Assembly: GCA_051748065.1 (NCBI GenBank)
Contig: JBNJGZ010000001.1
Coordinates: forward strand, 1-51,984
Direction: 5' to 3'
DNA: 51,984 nt
Source: Bacteroidota bacterium
GTDB lineage: Bacteria; Bacteroidota; Bacteroidia; Bacteroidales; PWNQ01
Part shown: positions 46,663 through 51,984 of the stretch, one piece after another
How the letters are laid out: each line of letters begins with the position of its first letter
Position numbering within the stretch: position 1 is the stretch's first letter
The notes under the pieces: model-generated
What the model was told of the DNA's origin: nothing
Databases searched by the model: none
Seen by the model: the letters and a program-made list of their open reading frames with translations, nothing else
Translations under genes and position numbers: made by a program

Positions 46663-48489
46663 TTATTTAAACAAAATTTGATTGTGTTTCTGCATCCTGG
46701 TATAGAGCATTATAGTTTTTATTCCCTGGGAGCTTAAATTTTCGGATGATCGTTCTTTATCAATCGTCAGCTCCCGCTCAACAAGTATTTTATTTCGGTG
46801 TGGCTTTATCTTGCACTGGAAAAAGCTATTTTTTGTTTTATGAGTGAATTCTCTCTTGTTTTCCATTATGGGTTGTCTTTCACCAGACAAGTTTAGCGTA
46901 ATATCAAGTTTTTCGGTAAACGGAAAATCAAGGTCCAATGGATTTTCTCGTTTATCACTGATTCGAGAGAGGTTTATCTCGTCGGTTTTTAAATGGAAAT
47001 TGTCCATCGAAAACGATTTTAGCCCATTCAATTTTGATAGTTTTCCTGCATCCACTTTGGCATGAACAGTAGTCCGGGAAGATTCGATATTGATTTGGGC
47101 ATCGGAAAATTTCAGCCCTAACTGATTGCCTAATTTTTTTAAGGCTTTCTCCTGGTTTAGCATAAAATAAAGCCGCTGATTATAGGCTCCGGAAAGTTTA
47201 ATTTTCGCTGTTCCGGTGATGTTATCTTTTTCATCCAGATTAAGGTCCATGGAAAGGGCAAAGATGTTATCGTTGTATTTTTTTACGGGAATCATTCTTC
47301 CTGCTCGTTTCCCTTCAAGAAAATAAACAGATAGGTTTTTGTTATGCAATAACGGATTTTTATCCAACGAGCGGAACGGATTTAAAAACAGGCTTTCTCT
47401 TTCATGCTCTATTTGAACCATGGGAAATGCAGGAAACATAAGGTCTTTTTCCGGCCGTGTGGAACTATGCGAAAAGGCATAAACCAACTCAGCTTTAATG
47501 TCCTCATTTTGAAGCATATTTGCAAGCAACCGGCAGGCTTCCAGCTCCGTAGCTCCATTAGACTGTAAGGTATTGTCGGCAGAACGTGGCTTAAAACGAT
47601 AATATGCAGGATTGATAGTGTAATGGTTGATATTTTCTTTCACAAAGTTATAAAGCTGATAAATGCGTTCTGTTTTATCTGACTCTCCGGATAGTTCTAT
47701 GATCCGCCGGATATCATCCATTTGGGTGTTGAAATCTTCGGGTGCTTCTTGTGCTGGTTTGCTTATATCGGCCATTTCTTTGGCTATATTTCCTGTGGAA
47801 AACTCCAGTATAGGAAGAAATTGATAAGGTTCCGGGCTGTATGGTTCTGAAGGATGCGCATCCAGGTTTGAAAATTTCCAGATATAGTGTTTCCTTCCTT
47901 TTTTTTCCTTGATCTCAGGCCCTGTGCGTATGCCGGTAGTTTGGTGATTTAAAACCGCATCTTCCGGAATATCCGCTATTATTTCCATGTTTTCAACCGG
48001 AATTTCTTTCGAGAGGGTCTCACGGTTCATCAGCAAAGGATGAAATCCGGCCTTACTGGTAATTGTATAATCCAGTTCAATAACAGCTCCTTTCTGAAGC
48101 CCTGTGTGAGTGACAACCATCTCGCGCAAATGATTATAGGCCGGAGCATTTTTCGCTTGCCGGGGAAGCACTTCATTAAATGCATTGGCAGGGGCAGGGA
48201 CTTTCGTGCCATCTGCCATAGTCGTGACGGATTTGTTAATGGTCAAATCCTGGTATTTTGGATTGTAAACAATGAAGGTTTCCCCGTACTTTTGATGGAA
48301 AGCATAATAGGTTTTGATCTCCAGTTTTTTATAATAGTGAAATTCTATGCTCCCGTCTTCATTGAGTTTGTATTCTTTTTTTAATTCATGATAAACCGCA
48401 TCATGTTCATATTCTTCGGAAAAAGCTTGATTACTGTTTAAGAAGAAGGCAAGTATAAAAATAACAGAAGAAAAATATAAGCGTAACAT
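46663..48489 (-). CDS. DUF3857-like secreted protein with a degenerate transglutaminase-like core
   Basis: It has a signal peptide. Overall architecture is similar to the upstream paralogue. The core retains Cys (ELEACRLLANML), but the His and Asp positions read FPAFPMVQI and LNPF. Confidence 0.7.
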   Translation of the reverse strand: MLRLYFSSVIFILAFFLNSNQAFSEEYEHDAVYHELKKEYKLNEDGSIEFHYYKKLEIKTYYAFHQKYGETFIVYNPKYQDLTINKSVTTMADGTKVPAPANAFNEVLPRQAKNAPAYNHLREMVVTHTGLQKGAVIELDYTITSKAGFHPLLMNRETLSKEIPVENMEIIADIPEDAVLNHQTTGIRTGPEIKEKKGRKHYIWKFSNLDAHPSEPYSPEPYQFLPILEFSTGNIAKEMADISKPAQEAPEDFNTQMDDIRRIIELSGESDKTERIYQLYNFVKENINHYTINPAYYRFKPRSADNTLQSNGATELEACRLLANMLQNEDIKAELVYAFSHSSTRPEKDLMFPAFPMVQIEHERESLFLNPFRSLDKNPLLHNKNLSVYFLEGKRAGRMIPVKKYNDNIFALSMDLNLDEKDNITGTAKIKLSGAYNQRLYFMLNQEKALKKLGNQLGLKFSDAQINIESSRTTVHAKVDAGKLSKLNGLKSFSMDNFHLKTDEINLSRISDKRENPLDLDFPFTEKLDITLNLSGERQPIMENKREFTHKTKNSFFQCKIKPHRNKILVERELTIDKERSSENLSSQGIKTIMLYTRMQKHNQILFK

Positions 48490-48497
48490 AATTGGAT

Positions 48498-50426
48498 TTA
48501 TTTTAAGGTGATTATTACCGGTTTGTTTTCAAATTTCTTTTGGGCCATTACGGCTTCTCTGTATCCCGGCCATTCTTTGGCTTCATACACTCGTTTTTTA
48601 AATGAGAGTTCCTGATTCATTATCAGCGTATTATTATTTTGTTTATAAGATACGTCATAGTCTGCAGCGGATGAGCGACCTTCTGCGTCATCGGGAACTT
48701 TGGCTGTGCTTATGTTGGCCGGCAACTGCATTGTCTCTTTGATATTTACAAACCGGGAGCAGCGGTCTTTAAATGCATATTTGCGTTCTTTGATTTTGTC
48801 ACTGAAGTTCCTGTGATAATTGGCCGCCATAAACAACGGTTGTGTGCTTAATGGTTTTACATACAATTTTTCATCAGCTTTGGTGGCATAATGCGGGATC
48901 TCAAATTCAATCTTTATTTGAATAGGATCGGCATAATCGTAAGGATCACCATAATCAAGATTTTTTATTTCAGCTGCAGGATCAACTCCTGTGATCTGAC
49001 GTTCTACATAGGCATACCATTTGCTGACAGGGTTGCGTGTAAAAAACCGCCGGATAGCAGCATCGGATTGCCCTTCGGCTTCCAGGTGAAGCGTTCCGCT
49101 TAGGGTTCCGTTGCTGTTTAAGGTTGTGTTCAGGGTTAAATTAAAATAATGATTTTCCGGGTCGGAAATGGGTGTTTTCTTTAAATCAGAACCTTCGGGC
49201 AGCCCCAACAGGTAATTTTGTTGCTGCTCTGCACTGGACCATAATTCCCTGACGAAAGGCACCCACGTAGGGTCCAGTATTTTCCATGAGCCATCGCTCA
49301 TCTTAACAACCGTAATGCTGTGGTTGAACTGATCTGCAGGGATATCTTCAATGCGGGAGCCGGCCATGGTCATAGCAGCATAAGACTCAAAACCGGCAGC
49401 ACGCAGCATAGTAATCAGCATGCCTGCTTTATCTTTACAAACACCTATCCTGTCGCGGAAAATCGTTTCCCCTTTGTGAAGGGTATACCCTTCGCCTTCT
49501 CCCATAGAAATGCCAGAGTATCTGATCTCATCTGCCACCCAGTGTGTGAGCCTGGCGATAGAGTCCAGCTCCGAGTCAGCGCCCTCCAAAATTTCTTTGG
49601 TTTTTTGGGTTATCTCAGGAGTTGTTTCAAAGCTGCCGTAATCTTCATTTACATTATAAAACCAGACGGACTTTGCCTCCCAGTCCGGACTGGTCGTAAG
49701 CAAAAGCTTTGGGGCTATGTTTGAGAGCGCAACCATGTGGGGCTCCTTCTGGATAGGAAAAATATCTTTTTTTGTAAAAGTGTAAACGATTTGACTGTCT
49801 ATGAAACGGGAAGATACTCCGACTTCACCGTTATAAAATTCATACTGCAAAGGCTTGTCTTCAGGTGCATAAACCTGGTAAACTTTTTCTTTTATGGGCT
49901 GATCGCTCCAAAACTCTACAATATCGTAATAATGTCCTCGCATTGGCGGAACATAGCGGTCGTCTTCTTGTTGCAACAATGCATAAGTAAACCCTTTACG
50001 AAACATTTTTACTTCTATTTTATCGCCGGGATTAAGCCTGCCTACCGGGATCATCTTTTTTCTTGCCCCCCAATAGATCATTCGTGCGGCTGCCGGATAA
50101 TCTTTGACAAGGCTCGTGTCGATTATTTCCGTTTCTCCGGAAGCACGGTGGATAATTGCTTCATCAATCCTTACAAAAGCCGAAAGCGGATCATAATCAA
50201 AACGAACCGTATGGTTTTGTTTGGCTCCTTTTACTGTGTTGATCTTGATGAGCTTGTGGATGTTAACATAACTCAATCCACTGGGTTGGACATCGACGGT
50301 AGTGCTGTCATAAACAGTAACTGCATCATAGTTCTCGTAATTGTTATTGTTGCTCTCTGCAAAACCCTGAGCCGCAAGAAATAAGAAACTTGACATCAGG
50401 GTAAGCGTTAACAAAAGGTTGCGCAT
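48498..50426 (-). CDS. DUF3857 + transglutaminase-like cysteine protease-fold protein
   Basis: Signal peptide MRNLLLTLTLMSSFLFLAAQG. Transglutaminase core: GVCKDKAGMLITMLRAAG (Cys), FNHSITVV (His), ILDPTW (Asp). Confidence 0.82.
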   Translation of the reverse strand: MRNLLLTLTLMSSFLFLAAQGFAESNNNNYENYDAVTVYDSTTVDVQPSGLSYVNIHKLIKINTVKGAKQNHTVRFDYDPLSAFVRIDEAIIHRASGETEIIDTSLVKDYPAAARMIYWGARKKMIPVGRLNPGDKIEVKMFRKGFTYALLQQEDDRYVPPMRGHYYDIVEFWSDQPIKEKVYQVYAPEDKPLQYEFYNGEVGVSSRFIDSQIVYTFTKKDIFPIQKEPHMVALSNIAPKLLLTTSPDWEAKSVWFYNVNEDYGSFETTPEITQKTKEILEGADSELDSIARLTHWVADEIRYSGISMGEGEGYTLHKGETIFRDRIGVCKDKAGMLITMLRAAGFESYAAMTMAGSRIEDIPADQFNHSITVVKMSDGSWKILDPTWVPFVRELWSSAEQQQNYLLGLPEGSDLKKTPISDPENHYFNLTLNTTLNSNGTLSGTLHLEAEGQSDAAIRRFFTRNPVSKWYAYVERQITGVDPAAEIKNLDYGDPYDYADPIQIKIEFEIPHYATKADEKLYVKPLSTQPLFMAANYHRNFSDKIKERKYAFKDRCSRFVNIKETMQLPANISTAKVPDDAEGRSSAADYDVSYKQNNNTLIMNQELSFKKRVYEAKEWPGYREAVMAQKKFENKPVIITLK

Positions 50427-50511
50427 ATTTTTTGAATTTAAAATTTGAGTTAAAATTACGAAAAATTAGCAAAAAATATAACTTTAAATATTGTATAATA
50501 TACAAACTTAT

Positions 50512-50579
50512 ACTCCAGGTTATCTGGCATATAGGATTAAATGAACTGCAGATTGACTTATTGCTTTGGAGTTTTTTTT
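50512..50579 (+). terminator. Orphan terminator-like stem (ACTCCA ... TGGAGT) followed by T8, with no plus-strand gene upstream
   Basis: Stem at 50512-50517 / 50567-50572, with an inner CCAG-gttat-CTGG hairpin. The T-run is 50572-50579. All genes from 44856 to 50426 are on the minus strand. Confidence 0.3.
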
Positions 50580-50812
50580 AATAAAACAATCATATTAACC
50601 CTTTCATGATTATTATGCAGGCTATACGATTGTTAACCAGATTAAAAAATGAACAAAAAGAATGTTTGACTGTTTACGTTATACGTTTAATGGCCAACAG
50701 TTTAGTTAACATTATGTTATGTTACCTTTTCAGAAAACACAGAAAACCCAAATAAATTAGATTGAACTATATCAAGCGATAATCTATCTAAATCCATAAA
50801 AAAAATAAACTT

Positions 50813-51325
50813 ATGAAGAAAAATGTAGGAAAAACAGACAAAGTCATCCGCTTGCTATTAGCAGTGTTGATTGGCATACTTTATTTTACGGAAGTCATTA
50901 CCGGAACCCTGGCAATAGTCCTGGGTATTGTAGCAATCATTTTAGTGGTCACTTCCCTGATCTCATTCTGTGGCCTTTATGCTATTCTGGGTGTGAAAAC
51001 ATGCCCTGTGGAAGACCAGACCACATCAAGTGAAGTGAAGAATCAGGTGAAAACAGGTGAAAAAGAAGAAAAGACAGGTGAAGAAGAGAACCGGGAAAAG
51101 GCAGAAGAGGAACAAAGCCAGGAAAAAACCGCCGAAGAAGAAAACAAGCAAAAAGCCGGTGAGGATCAAAGCCAGGAAAAGACTGCTGAGAAAGAAACCG
51201 GAAAAGAAGCTTCCGGCGAAGAAAATCAGAAAAAAGAAGAGGAAGAAAAACAGGAAACCCCTGGTGAGGAAGAAGAAAAAAAGAAAGAAGAAGAAAAAGA
51301 TAAAGATAATGAAAAAGGTTCCTAA
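50813..51325 (+). CDS. DUF2892 (YgaP-like) membrane domain fused to an E/K-rich low-complexity tail
   Basis: N-terminal MKKNVGKTDKVIRLLLAVLIG...SLISFCGLYAILGVKTCP, a two-TM DUF2892 pattern. It is followed by ~100 aa of E/K/Q/T-rich repeats. Confidence 0.8.
   Translation: MKKNVGKTDKVIRLLLAVLIGILYFTEVITGTLAIVLGIVAIILVVTSLISFCGLYAILGVKTCPVEDQTTSSEVKNQVKTGEKEEKTGEEENREKAEEEQSQEKTAEEENKQKAGEDQSQEKTAEKETGKEASGEENQKKEEEEKQETPGEEEEKKKEEEKDKDNEKGS
51080..51187 (+). repeat. Tandem 54-nt (18-aa) coding repeat, two copies
   Basis: EEENREKAEEEQSQEKTA (51080-51133) and EEENKQKAGEDQSQEKTA (51134-51187), in frame within the DUF2892 gene. Confidence 0.8.
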
Positions 51326-51381
51326 CCTGAATTATTAAAGCAGGTTGAAAACGATCTGCAAAAGATTTTCAATGGAGAAAG

Positions 51382-51407
51382 ACAGGCTGCTATGGTCTGT
51401 TTTTTTT
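51382..51407 (+). terminator. Rho-independent terminator after the DUF2892 gene
   Basis: ACAGGC(T)-gctat-(G)GTCTGT stem of 6-7 bp, including G.U pairs, followed by T7. Confidence 0.6.
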
Positions 51408-51547
51408 GTTTATACCGGTCTGTGTAAGCATATAGAGGCAACATAGAGCCAGGCAGTCAAAATAAAACACCCTCATAAAGTCAAGTGCCGGTTTAATAAT
51501 CAATTATTTATAAGATTAGACCTCTATTTCAAATGGAAAAAATTTTT

Positions 51548-51555
51548 TATATTTG
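51548..51555 (+). promoter_or_regulatory. -7 box TATATTTG
   Basis: Exact TAnnTTTG, 52 nt upstream of ATG 51608. Confidence 0.45.
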
Positions 51556-51607
51556 TTAATGCCTATTGATTAATAAAATTGCTTATAAAGAGAAAAAACA
51601 GCAATAA

Positions 51608-51835
51608 ATGAAAAGGTCGAAAAAGACAAAAGACAGCCCTGCAAGTAAATATACGAATAAGTATCTTGAATTACAAAAGAAAAAGAAGTACTCGGTACCT
51701 TTTGCGGCTGGTTTCATATGGGCCGTTTTGCTTAGTTCATTATTCTCAGACTCGTGGGTGAACATGTTAATAATTGGTATAATCTTTTCAACCGTGGGCT
51801 CTTATTTGGGAATATATGTGAATAATCCTAAATAA
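51608..51835 (+). CDS. Small two-TM membrane protein, unknown function
   Basis: 75 aa with a basic N-terminus followed by two hydrophobic helices. It has its own -7 box, and a weak hairpin plus T-run at 51843-51870. Confidence 0.5.
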   Translation: MKRSKKTKDSPASKYTNKYLELQKKKKYSVPFAAGFIWAVLLSSLFSDSWVNMLIIGIIFSTVGSYLGIYVNNPK

Positions 51836-51984
51836 AAAGCGACTGCAAGTCCGTTGTATGCAGGTGTTTTATTGGGAAAAAATTATCCCATACCAAAAAG
51901 ATTCAAAACCATCCTGAACCGATCCTTCCAGAATAGCAGTAAAAAATAAATTTTCCTAAAAAAACAAGGGAACAATGCGTGTTA

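Noticed and set aside
51057-51338. 93-aa extremely K/R-rich ORF overlapping the DUF2892 tail in another frame
   Set aside because: It is a trivial consequence of a GAA/AAG purine-only repeat being open in several frames. It has no independent start context. The E/K frame is contiguous with a recognisable DUF2892 domain.
1-51984. Search for CRISPR arrays, prophage or integrative elements, defence islands, toxin-antitoxin pairs, rRNA and tRNA
   Set aside because: I saw no regularly spaced direct repeats. There are no integrase, transposase, recombinase, nuclease-helicase, reverse transcriptase, capsid or terminase-like ORFs. Composition looks uniform by eye. Every ORF longer than 150 aa except four (799-1716, 1738-5205, 37048-37539, 46663-48489) has a housekeeping or common-family assignment.

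Overview
AT-rich Bacteroidota-type chromosomal segment. The phylum call rests on repeated exact TAnnTTTG -7 promoter boxes, absence of Shine-Dalgarno sequences, a PorW/SprE-like T9SS lipoprotein, DUF3857/DUF3109 genes and an F-ATPase operon lacking atpD/atpC. The window is almost entirely core housekeeping. Genes in order:
- comF (partial), a coiled-coil membrane protein and a ~1150-aa outer-membrane protein.
- yitT, rseP-dxr, an M23 peptidase and a PorW/SprE-like TPR lipoprotein.
- A co-directional block of bactofilin, AtpZ, an AtpI-like protein, atpB-E-F-H-A-G and ferritin.
- DUF3109, trpS, two small membrane proteins and hflX.
- trkA-trkH-GT2-O-antigen-ligase, convergent with GT4-dnaG-recJ, then gpmI.
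- A small secreted protein, an orphan FtsX-type permease, purH, mreBCD and a U32 peptidase.
- glyQS, a Zn-ribbon protein, two DUF3857/transglutaminase paralogues, and a DUF2892 protein with an E/K-rich repeat tail.

I found no rRNA, tRNA, CRISPR array, transposase, integrase, phage or recognisable defence genes.

I could not identify a convincing multi-gene novel system. The things the gene list does not explain are:
1. A ~150-175 bp non-coding element with terminal inverted repeats, present twice. Each copy abuts the stop codon of the upstream gene, and a solo terminal 12-mer lies elsewhere.
2. A bactofilin gene overlapping and apparently co-transcribed with the ATP-synthase assembly and structural genes.
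3. A 93-nt GC-rich compound hairpin in the long ferritin/DUF3109 spacer.
4. An active plus catalytically degenerate transglutaminase-like pair.

All protein calls come from motif recognition by eye. No database search was possible.
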